This document shows positions 47,902 through 55,606 of a stretch of DNA of 55,606 nt, in pieces (position 1 is the first letter of the stretch; the number at the start of each line of letters is the position of its first letter). A model generated the notes under the pieces. It ran no database searches and was not told the origin of the DNA. It saw only the letters and a program-made list of their open reading frames with translations. The position numbers were made by a program, and so were the translations under genes. The DNA comes from Lachnospiraceae bacterium (GTDB lineage Bacteria; Bacillota; Clostridia; Lachnospirales; Lachnospiraceae), in NCBI GenBank assembly GCA_022797995.1, contig JAAWLQ010000001.1, positions 1 to 55,606 of the forward strand. Direction: 5' to 3'.

Positions 47902-48585
47902 CTAAAAAAAGAGAAACGTGGTAGCAATCCCGGTTCCATTGCTGATAATATGAGAAATAGTACTGATCAGGCAGTTGCCGGATTTACGATAAACAATCGT
48001 ATAGATGATACTGTCGATAAAGATTGTAGCCACATCATAAGCCACAAGCCCAACATCTCCTGCCGCAATATGCCCTGCGGCAAAAACCATGGACGAAACC
48101 ACGGCACAGAGCCAGAATGGAAATATTTTCATGGCTTTGCCAGCGAAGAAGCCGCGAAACGCAATTTCTTCTCCTAATGCCCCAATGATTACCTGACCGA
48201 TCAACAACGGTATCTTATCGAAGGACAGCAGGGAGCTCGTCCGTCCCAGCACATGGGAGACGAAATCCCCGCTGAAAATCAGATTTCCCACAATCTGTGT
48301 TGCAATAACGCTCACAATCGGCAACAATGTCCAAAGAAGAACACCTGGTTTCTTAATATCTACAAGAATCGTCTTGAAACGCAGTCCCGAATCAGCGTCC
48401 TTTGTTTTCGCCAAAGCTTCTACGATAAAAAAGAACGCTATCCCTACAAACACACCGTATCCGGCTATCTGTGATGACGGTACCACTTTTGTCATAGTCA
48501 ATAAAATCATTGCGATAAGACCGATGACCGTGAAAACAGTGCTTTTATCTTTTTTAATGGAATGGCTTTTAATGGAATAACTCAT
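47902..48585 (-). CDS. CPBP/Abi (CAAX protease) intramembrane metalloprotease
   Basis: GEEIAFRG, FAAGH, SHIISN motifs; multi-TM. Confidence 0.9.
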   Translation of the reverse strand: MSYSIKSHSIKKDKSTVFTVIGLIAMILLTMTKVVPSSQIAGYGVFVGIAFFFIVEALAKTKDADSGLRFKTILVDIKKPGVLLWTLLPIVSVIATQIVGNLIFSGDFVSHVLGRTSSLLSFDKIPLLIGQVIIGALGEEIAFRGFFAGKAMKIFPFWLCAVVSSMVFAAGHIAAGDVGLVAYDVATIFIDSIIYTIVYRKSGNCLISTISHIISNGTGIATTFLFF

Positions 48586-49157
48586 GTTGCTTCCTCCCTG
48601 GTAATTGCTAATACTGCACCTGTGTATACCCGCTCCAGATACGTCGCTATAAGTTTCTCATCATACTCCAAAGAGTTGTTGGCAATCATACTGGCATATC
48701 CATGAACAAACATCGCAAGTGTCATAAAGATTTCCTTTGTCTGCTCTATACTCATATCCATTTCTTCCTGCATTGCGGAAATAACTGGTACAAGTTCCGG
48801 AGAGTCAATCATTTCCAGTATAGTATTTTCAACTATAAAACCCGATTGAAACAGAAAGCGGAACAAGTCGGGTTCTTCCACCGCAAAGCGGATATAATTT
48901 AACCCAATCCCAAGCATCACACTTTCTTGTGTGTCCGGGATATTCATCAGATATTGTGTGTGATATTCATCGGCTTTCTTATAAGCTGCTTTTTTTAATT
49001 CTTCAATCGTTGCAAAATGGTACATAACGGGCTGTGTAGAACAGTTCAGCTTTTTTGATACTGTCCTTGCATTGATATTTTCTGCACCCGCATTACGTGC
49101 AACCTCAAATGCGGCGGCAATCACCATATCTCTTGTTATTTTAGGTTTTGGAGGCAT
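48582..49157 (-). CDS. TetR-family regulator (WHG-type C-terminus)
   Basis: MPPKPKIT, INARTVSKKLNCSTQPVMYHF, YIRFA..EP.LF, VHGYA. Confidence 0.9.
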   Translation of the reverse strand: MPPKPKITRDMVIAAAFEVARNAGAENINARTVSKKLNCSTQPVMYHFATIEELKKAAYKKADEYHTQYLMNIPDTQESVMLGIGLNYIRFAVEEPDLFRFLFQSGFIVENTILEMIDSPELVPVISAMQEEMDMSIEQTKEIFMTLAMFVHGYASMIANNSLEYDEKLIATYLERVYTGAVLAITREEAT

Positions 49158-49183
49158 CGCTTTTTCCTTTTTTCAATAATTAT

Positions 49184-49232
49184 TGTTATATAACATTAAT
49201 TATATATTAATGTATAACGACATTTTTGTCAA
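49184..49232 (-). promoter_or_regulatory. tetR promoter/operator
   Basis: TTGACA on the minus strand at 49232-49227; perfect palindrome TGTTATATAACA at 49184-49195. Confidence 0.5.
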
Positions 49233-49272
49233 TCCGTACTGGAATGAAAACCCTGAAAAGTTTCTTTCACCC

Positions 49273-49301
49273 TTGACATACGCATTAATGTACCACATAA
49301 T
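49273..49301 (+). promoter_or_regulatory. sigma70 promoter upstream of the antitoxin-like ORF
   Basis: TTGACA-17-CATAAT. Confidence 0.6.
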
Positions 49302-49398
49302 AAAGACATTAAAAATTTTGATATTCCATAATATTACAAACAGGCAACTTAAGGATTAAAAAATAAAGCTAAAAGGAAATGTAAAGGAAAATTTTACA

Positions 49399-49542
49399 AT
49401 GTCAGCTATAAATATCACCAACGCAAGAATACAGGAAACTCTGTTCTTGAATTCAATCAGCGGAATGACAGAATCCATTATCAAAGGCATGGAAATGCCG
49501 ATAGAAGATTGCATTCCTGAAGAACAGGTAAATTGGGAATGA
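49399..49542 (+). pseudogene. Phd/YefM-family antitoxin with in-frame internal deletion (47 aa), no adjacent toxin
   Basis: MSAINITNAR-IQETLFLNSISGMTESIIKGMEMPIEDCIPEEQVNWE: YefM-like N-terminal strand joined directly to the C-terminal QETL.L.S..GM.ESI..G segment; AAAGGA RBS. Confidence 0.7.
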
Positions 49543-49552
49543 GGGGCAGAGA

Positions 49553-50578
49553 TTATGTGTCCGAAATAATATACCCACAGTTTGTCTTATTAAAATATCC
49601 TATAACTCTGGCGGGATTATAAAAACATTCAAACAGTATTTCCATTCCAAAAGCATCAAAAATACAGCCAAAAATCTCATTCCCGAAACTGTATATCGGT
49701 GTTTGCGTTAGAAATGTAGTCTCGTCTTTATAAAGCTGAGGATTCCACCAATAGGATCTGAACTGTTCCTCAATTTCACTGGCAGTAATGGAATTTTGTT
49801 TTATCCTCTTAATGGTATCATTGAAAAGATTGAAATGCTCCTCAAAATGATTGTTAAGGATTGCCATTGCAGGAATACCTATATTGGCATTCAAATGACT
49901 ATCTATTCTCCTGGATATGACGCCTTCGGCATTATTGCAAAACTTAATAGCCAGGCCTTCGCCGCTAAATCTAAATATGTAGTTATCCAGTAAACTGAAT
50001 TTCCGGGTAAAGGAATGATAACTGCCAGTAAGTTTTTGCACCTGTAGATGGTGCATCTCATGAAGAATAATGTACGGCAGCTCTTCAATTGTGCAGATAT
50101 CTTCAATACCAAACAAGTCTAAATGCAAAGCATTCTCATAAACATATCCAAAGGAAGGTCCAAAACTTAGCGTTACTATAATACTGGAGTCATTTATGGC
50201 TGCTCCATCTGGAAATGCAGCAGAGAGCTTATGCTGTAGATTTTGAATATTGTTCTCGCAAAGAATATGTTTAACTTTTTCATACCGAGTGTAGTATTTT
50301 TGTGGATTGGATGCACAATCTAACCACAGATTATGTTTATCTCTTAAGGCACTTTTTCGTTCCTTGCTTAAATCAGGAATATCCTTCCCCTCGACGTTTT
50401 TAAGGTGCGAAAAATAAGAGATAAGTGGTTCCACAGAGGATAAACCGTATCGCCTCGCTTCGAACTGATAATCTTCATGATCAAAAATTTTTTGTAACAC
50501 AGCCCTATTGGCGGGTTCTGCACCTGTTTCCGATAAATATTCAAGCATTATAGGGATACTTGATATTCGTAATTCCAT
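49553..50578 (-). CDS. Putative Zn-dependent protease (DUF5700/DUF2268-like)
   Basis: HEMHH zincin motif followed by EGLA; AT-rich gene; start MELRISS after GAGGAGG. Confidence 0.7.
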   Translation of the reverse strand: MELRISSIPIMLEYLSETGAEPANRAVLQKIFDHEDYQFEARRYGLSSVEPLISYFSHLKNVEGKDIPDLSKERKSALRDKHNLWLDCASNPQKYYTRYEKVKHILCENNIQNLQHKLSAAFPDGAAINDSSIIVTLSFGPSFGYVYENALHLDLFGIEDICTIEELPYIILHEMHHLQVQKLTGSYHSFTRKFSLLDNYIFRFSGEGLAIKFCNNAEGVISRRIDSHLNANIGIPAMAILNNHFEEHFNLFNDTIKRIKQNSITASEIEEQFRSYWWNPQLYKDETTFLTQTPIYSFGNEIFGCIFDAFGMEILFECFYNPARVIGYFNKTNCGYIISDT

Positions 50579-50636
50579 TGATTTCCTCCTCACATTTCAT
50601 AGTTATAATCTGCCTTTTTCTGCGTATGTGGACGCA

Positions 50637-50901
50637 TTACGGAGAATGAGGGTCCAGGAACTCCTGCCAGTCGCCCTCATTCCCATAAAATACATTCAGA
50701 TCCACAAATTTCTCCACACCGGAAAAGCCCTTCAGTCTTCCCCTGTTGGTATACTGCCAGAAGGTCCACTGAAATTCCCGGCTTCCCTGCCGCCGGCCCG
50801 TTTACATGGATGTATCCGTCATATACCAGGTATGCAAATCCTGCTCCCAGTATGAAACATACGGCTATGGCAGCCGGCAATATCCTCTTCTTCCTGCTCA
50901 C
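50637..50901 (-). pseudogene. GH25 lysozyme/muramidase remnant with large internal deletion and frameshift
   Basis: Frame 1 gives the TM N-terminus MSRKKRILPAAIAVCFILGAGFAYLVYDGYIHVN. A shifted frame gives WTFWQYTNRGRLKGFSGVEKFVDLNVFYG...*, the GH25 C-terminal signature. Confidence 0.8.
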
Positions 50902-50972
50902 TGTTACTCCCCACTGTTCCGTTCACTGTCCCTCCCATGGTTTCGGGACCCATCTCATTTCTGCATGGAAGT

Positions 50973-52454
50973 TTACTGAACCCTCTGCATCTCCAATTCC
51001 TCTCCGAAATCCACCGAATACTTCCCGCCCTCCTGCCAGGTAATGGTCAATGGCTGCAACGCATACTCTGACACTCGATACCCTTCAGACGTAAGAGAGA
51101 CTGTAAAACTGGCCATGCCTCCCTTGACACAGGATTTCTCCGACTGGGCGCTGATATAGTTTCCAATGGAATAAAAAATCAGCATCTCATGGCCGTCCGC
51201 ACCTTCCAGCACCTCTGCAGGCTGGAGCACATGAGGATGAGCGCCCACCACCACGTCCACCCCGCAGTCCAGAAAAACATCCGCCCACTTCCGCTGAAAG
51301 TCATCCGGTTCCTCCGCGTATTCCGTCCCCCAGTGTGCAAAGACGATCACACAGTCGGCCTCGGCCCTCGCTTTCCCGATATCCGCTCTGATTTCCGCCT
51401 CGTTCTCCAGCAGATGGACCATATATGGATTTGAATCCGGCAATCGGATGCCGTTGGTGCCGTAAGTATAGTTGAACAGGGCAAATCGGATACCCTTTCG
51501 CGTGACTATCCTGTAAGGCTGTGCTTCTCTCTCCTCTTCGGACTGAATACCCAGACATATCACATTCCGTTCTTCAAAATACGCCTTCGTGAAATCAACA
51601 CCTTCCGCACCCCGATCCAACGCATGATTGGTGGCACAGGTTACTACTTCAAAGCCCGTATCCGCAATGGCCTGCCCCACACCTGCCGGCGTGCCGAACC
51701 TGGGATAATCTCCATACATGGCCGGATTGTCCGTCAGCGGTGTCTCCTGATTGATTACCGCCACATCGCTCTGCGCAATGACTTCCCTGACATTTTCAAA
51801 GAGGAAATCAAAATTCCCGCCATTTCCCAGCCCATACCGGTAAATGGGCTCATGAATCAGATTATCCCCGAACACCACAAAGGACACATCCGTCTCCTCC
51901 CTGGCGAATCCCCAGGAGTCCCATACCCATCTACTCATTTTGCCATCTGTATTTTCCAAAAACAGGCGGCCAAAAGGAGCCTCCTTCCCATTGAAAGACA
52001 ATTCCGCCACATCCTCGCCGATATAGGAAGACATCCACTGGGGCACAATCTTATCCCCATTATAATCATACACAAAAATATGCTGGGACCATTTCTTCTC
52101 ATCCTTCTCTACCCAGATGGGCCTGTATTTCCCGTATCGGCCTATCTTCCAGCAGAGCAATATCAGCTCTTCTCTGCCATCATTGTCCGCATCACAGGAC
52201 AGAACGTCCTGCACCTTCACTCCCCTGGGAGATGTCCATATGACACTATTGTCATATGTCACCCTTACAGTCCTGTGGTCCAGCAATACCTCATATTCTC
52301 CCTGCTGAATTAATCTGTCATTCCAGTCAATCCAGCCCGGCAGAAAAGCTCCATTGTACCACAAAACAGCCAAAATGGCGCCGGTACCTGCCAACGCCAT
52401 TATGGTTATCAACACTCTTTTCCAGATTTTTTTCAGCTTCTCATTCCCACTCAT
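50973..52454 (-). CDS. CapA family (poly-gamma-glutamate synthesis-like metallophosphatase) protein
   Basis: GDNLIH, NQET, ATNHALD, HWGTEY, GAHPHV, YSIGN; start MSGNEK overlaps the upstream stop. Confidence 0.9.
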   Translation of the reverse strand: MSGNEKLKKIWKRVLITIMALAGTGAILAVLWYNGAFLPGWIDWNDRLIQQGEYEVLLDHRTVRVTYDNSVIWTSPRGVKVQDVLSCDADNDGREELILLCWKIGRYGKYRPIWVEKDEKKWSQHIFVYDYNGDKIVPQWMSSYIGEDVAELSFNGKEAPFGRLFLENTDGKMSRWVWDSWGFAREETDVSFVVFGDNLIHEPIYRYGLGNGGNFDFLFENVREVIAQSDVAVINQETPLTDNPAMYGDYPRFGTPAGVGQAIADTGFEVVTCATNHALDRGAEGVDFTKAYFEERNVICLGIQSEEEREAQPYRIVTRKGIRFALFNYTYGTNGIRLPDSNPYMVHLLENEAEIRADIGKARAEADCVIVFAHWGTEYAEEPDDFQRKWADVFLDCGVDVVVGAHPHVLQPAEVLEGADGHEMLIFYSIGNYISAQSEKSCVKGGMASFTVSLTSEGYRVSEYALQPLTITWQEGGKYSVDFGEELEMQRVQ

Positions 52455-54708
52455 AAGTATACCGATAACTGCGGGTCCAATCCGGCTTTTGAACCGGTTT
52501 TTCATCCCGATTATAGTAGCCGTTTTCATCGGCCTGCAAGCCCATCATCCAGCGCCATTTGGAATCCGTCAGCCGGTCGTTCAGCGGCCATGCAAACTGA
52601 TAGAAAGAATACACGCTGCCCGATGCAATCTTCACCTTGCCGTCAACCTTTACCACCACATAGATAGTCGCCGGATTTCCCGTAGCTACCTCCAGGACCT
52701 GTCCGTTAGGGTCAGTGGCGATATCCGCCACAATGGCTGCCGGATATTCCTCGACGGCAAAAATCCTCTCACCGTTGCTCACATCGCTCAGGGCCTCACG
52801 CCAGAAATGCTCCAGATTGCCTCCATAGGTCTTAATAAATTCAAATTCGTCATCCGTCAGAAGCTCTTCCCGCAACTCCTTTTCGGAAATGGTCTGTAAC
52901 CGTGCCGCAATCTCCGTCAGACGGGACAAATTCTCCTCATCTGCCGGATCCAGCATTCCATATCCTTTCAGACCTTCCGCCGTCTGACTGGCCAGATTCA
53001 CAAATCTGGCATATACCAGAGGTTCCGGCTCCACATAACCTCTGTCATCCGGAGTCTGTTCGTTATAATCGCCGCCCATCTCCGCCATCACCTGTTTGGA
53101 ATACAGAATCGTATCATGCTTCAATTCCGCAAAGCTTCCGGCAAAACATTCCAAGTCCTTTTTCAGCCATTCCTCGCTCTGCATGAATACAGGATATCCT
53201 TCTCCCTTTGGTGTCAGCAGCGGCCGAAGGGTATTCAGCCAGCTGGCATACAGGCTTGCCGACCATAAAGCGGTATTCTCCATGGAAAGTCCGTTTCTCA
53301 GCCAGCTCATATTCTCCGAATATCCGGCATAATCCGTTGCTCCCTTTTCTGTCAGCATACGGAGAGCCAGATCACTGCCCAGCGCCGCCGGCACATCCAG
53401 CGTATCCGGAAGCATACGCGTTCCTCCCCCGCCATTTTCACCTACATTGCTGTAAATCAGCTCCTGCATCACAGCGGCATCAATGGTAAAGCGCTGTCCC
53501 ATAAACCGGAAGCCGGGAATCGTATTGTCCTCCCCGTCTTTAATAGGAAGGGAATTGATCAGCGGCGTCTTCAGAGTACCCGTCATTGCATGGAACTGTT
53601 CAAAAGCTCCCGCATTTCCCGCCAGGTCACTCACATTGAATCCGTCCCCATAAGCCTGCTCCATTACCTCTTTATACTCGCACACGCCCAAGTCATCGCT
53701 TGCCCCTGCGAAGAACGACGTCACCGCATAGATGGCCTCCCACAATCCATAGCTTTCCGTATCCTCGGAAAGTGCTTTCGTTATCAGCAGCGCGCTTCTG
53801 TCCAGGTCCTCCTCTTCCTGCTTAAAATGGATTCTTCCATACCACATCATAGCCCTGAAATACCGCTCCAGCCCTGCATCGCCCTCATAATACCCCCGGG
53901 GCACATACTGGGAATAATCCTCGAAATTTCCCGTTATCAGAGATGTTTCTATGCCATTTGCCTGGCTGATGCAGTCCAGCTCATACCGGACAATATCCTC
54001 CGCATAGACCGGTATCTGCGTGCTGTCGTCGAGAAGCTTTGCTCCAACGGCAAAAAACGCCACATTCCGTTTCGCCGCTTCTTCCCACTCGCTTCCGCTC
54101 AACTGATCGTATTGGGCGGCGCTGTTGTCAAGCATTCTTCTGCTCAACTGCGCAAGGCTGTCCGCCAGCCGGCTTCTCTCTACATTTTTCAACAGATGGC
54201 TGAAATAAAGATGATATGTGTGCATCAGAGAGTCAACTGTCACAAAGCTGGCCTGCTCCTTATAGCGATTCTGCTCATACACTTCAAAGAACTCATAGCC
54301 GCCTCCCTCAGTGACAACAAAATGATTTGCCGCCAGTTTGGCAGCCATTTCATCCTCCATATAATATTGCCACAGATTATCAATATTGCTCAAATCCGCT
54401 GCCACCGCATACGCCTCAACCGACGGCTGCCCCACATTATCCTCCATGGGAGCCGAAGTCTTAATCAGCATGGGACGGCCGCCTGCCGAAGTTCCGGGAG
54501 TCGGCGTCATCTGGTCCCCACTGTAAATCCCCATATTTTCCACCGGGTCAAGCTCTTTCATCTTCTCATTTCGGATACCTACGGTTCCGTCTGTCCTCGC
54601 CGGCTTCATGTTAGTCGCCCGCCCCTGATTGCCGCATCCTGTGCCCAGAACGGAAATCAGCGCCAGTATAAGTGCCATCGCCGCACACGAAACTCTTTTC
54701 CGCGTCAT
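52441..54708 (-). CDS. DUF3160 family lipoprotein
   Basis: Lipobox GTGC; FVTVDS.MH.YH, DYSQY.PRG.Y, RFMGQRF, ELKHDTILY.KQ, GYVEP, RLTD..W. Confidence 0.85.
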   Translation of the reverse strand: MTRKRVSCAAMALILALISVLGTGCGNQGRATNMKPARTDGTVGIRNEKMKELDPVENMGIYSGDQMTPTPGTSAGGRPMLIKTSAPMEDNVGQPSVEAYAVAADLSNIDNLWQYYMEDEMAAKLAANHFVVTEGGGYEFFEVYEQNRYKEQASFVTVDSLMHTYHLYFSHLLKNVERSRLADSLAQLSRRMLDNSAAQYDQLSGSEWEEAAKRNVAFFAVGAKLLDDSTQIPVYAEDIVRYELDCISQANGIETSLITGNFEDYSQYVPRGYYEGDAGLERYFRAMMWYGRIHFKQEEEDLDRSALLITKALSEDTESYGLWEAIYAVTSFFAGASDDLGVCEYKEVMEQAYGDGFNVSDLAGNAGAFEQFHAMTGTLKTPLINSLPIKDGEDNTIPGFRFMGQRFTIDAAVMQELIYSNVGENGGGGTRMLPDTLDVPAALGSDLALRMLTEKGATDYAGYSENMSWLRNGLSMENTALWSASLYASWLNTLRPLLTPKGEGYPVFMQSEEWLKKDLECFAGSFAELKHDTILYSKQVMAEMGGDYNEQTPDDRGYVEPEPLVYARFVNLASQTAEGLKGYGMLDPADEENLSRLTEIAARLQTISEKELREELLTDDEFEFIKTYGGNLEHFWREALSDVSNGERIFAVEEYPAAIVADIATDPNGQVLEVATGNPATIYVVVKVDGKVKIASGSVYSFYQFAWPLNDRLTDSKWRWMMGLQADENGYYNRDEKPVQKPDWTRSYRYTYEWE

Positions 54709-54965
54709 CAAAATACCTCCTCCCTTTCGCCACACATTTCAAATCTGTAATTATTCTGTCTTTTTAAGATTTTTTGTGCTTTTTAAAGCAAAATTCGCTG
54801 TTTTCTGTCAACTTTGTTCCCAACAATAATTCTGTTTTCCATATTATTTTATAATGCGGGAAGTATACTGTCAATGCTTATCCATCCAAATGGTCCTTGA
54901 CGCCTTATCCAAAATAGCATATGATAAAAGAAAAGCAGAAAATTGACGAAAAGGAGGATGTCAAT

Positions 54966-55457
54966 ATGATTCTGAGCCTTAACGAGGGTGTGCGAAAGCA
55001 GGCCAAAAACGTGAGTAAGCAAGCTAAGGAACTGCGTGCTCTGTTGAACAGCGAAGAAATCTGTGCAGAGTATGACACAAACGCAGTGTTGATACAGATG
55101 GACAAAATTGAAAATGAGCTCAGCGCTCTGCGCGAACTCATCAATCGGGAGAAAGAGCAGGCCTACATAGAAAAGCTCCAGGGTACCTCTCCCAGGAGGC
55201 CGGAAAACGCTCCGTCAGCCGCCAGAGCAGAAATCGCTGAGAAATCAAAAAAAATTGAGAAACCGGAAAAAACCGAAAAAGAGCAGAAAAACAATAAACC
55301 GGAGAAAGCTGACAAACCAAGGAAAAGCGAAAAATCCGGAAAAAAAGAAAAGAAGGATGATAAACCGGGAAAAAAGGAAAAAGAAAAGAAATCTGATAAA
55401 TCAGAAAAAGCGGAGAAAAAAATAAAGAAAAAGAAAAAAGACGATAAAAAGCATTAA
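54966..55457 (+). CDS. Hypothetical protein: N-terminal coiled coil, Lys/Glu-rich low-complexity tail
   Basis: AAGGAGG RBS before ATG 54966; followed by a terminator. Confidence 0.75.
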   Translation: MILSLNEGVRKQAKNVSKQAKELRALLNSEEICAEYDTNAVLIQMDKIENELSALRELINREKEQAYIEKLQGTSPRRPENAPSAARAEIAEKSKKIEKPEKTEKEQKNNKPEKADKPRKSEKSGKKEKKDDKPGKKEKEKKSDKSEKAEKKIKKKKKDDKKH

Positions 55458-55459
55458 AA

Positions 55460-55490
55460 AAAGGGGCTGGACGACAGCCCCTTTACTTTT
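55460..55490 (+). terminator. Rho-independent (bidirectional) terminator
   Basis: AAAGGGGCTG-GACGA-CAGCCCCTTT-ACTTTT. Confidence 0.8.
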
Positions 55491-55560
55491 GTGATATCAT
55501 GATTACAGTTCAATCATGGTATGGATGTTCAACAGCCTTATGAACCATTATGAAAAATTT

Positions 55561-55605
55561 TCAGATCCGGATAACCGCTTTAACCACATCTGCTTTATTG
55601 TTCAC
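55561..55605 (-). CDS. 3' end of a gene continuing beyond the window, possibly a Zn-dependent alcohol/polyol dehydrogenase
   Basis: ...VNNKADVVKAVIRI* resembles the VKAVI C-terminus of MDR dehydrogenases; only 14 codons are visible. Confidence 0.35.
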   Translation of the reverse strand: MNNKADVVKAVIRI

Positions 55606-55606
55606 G

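Noticed and set aside
53590-54750. 386-aa antisense ORF
   Set aside because: Shadow of the DUF3160 gene; His/Gln/Leu-skewed composition typical of reverse frames.
1-55606. Prophage, ICE, IS, retron or group II intron
   Set aside because: No integrase, transposase, relaxase, reverse transcriptase or phage structural ORF is recognisable in the six-frame track.

Overview
A 55.6 kb chromosomal segment. Gene content and style suggest a gut Clostridia (Lachnospiraceae-like) genome; this is inference. It is a mosaic of small regulator + transporter modules: two LytTR/GHKL systems, one OmpR/HK-FtsX module, MarR, GntR, three TetR, XRE-GyrI and AraC regulators, several ABC exporters, and an MMPL/YhgE module. 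Accessory single genes are interspersed: Fic, SMI1/KNR4 plus a partner, an HTH-AAA-PD-(D/E)XK nuclease, a kinase-GNAT fusion, a CAAX protease and a Zn-protease. I found no rRNA, tRNA, CRISPR array, integrase or transposase. The most interesting signals are absent from the ORF track: (1) a 10-codon leader MVAFLRLRNI carrying an RLR macrolide-arrest-type motif, with mutually exclusive hairpins, in front of the P-loop kinase-GNAT fusion; (2) a dispersed family of intergenic palindromes (ATAATAGAATC-spacer-GATTCTATTAT and GNA-triloop hairpins) near the edges of accessory genes, including exact 22-23 bp matches 20-43 kb apart; (3) an array of TTRCCGWAT 9-mers over and upstream of the promoter of the HTH-AAA-nuclease; (4) two genes hollowed out by internal deletions (a Phd/YefM antitoxin and a GH25 lysozyme); (5) a synonymously diverged in-frame duplicate of the GHKL 3' end next to the fic gene. 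All functional calls are by-eye motif recognition; no searches were run.
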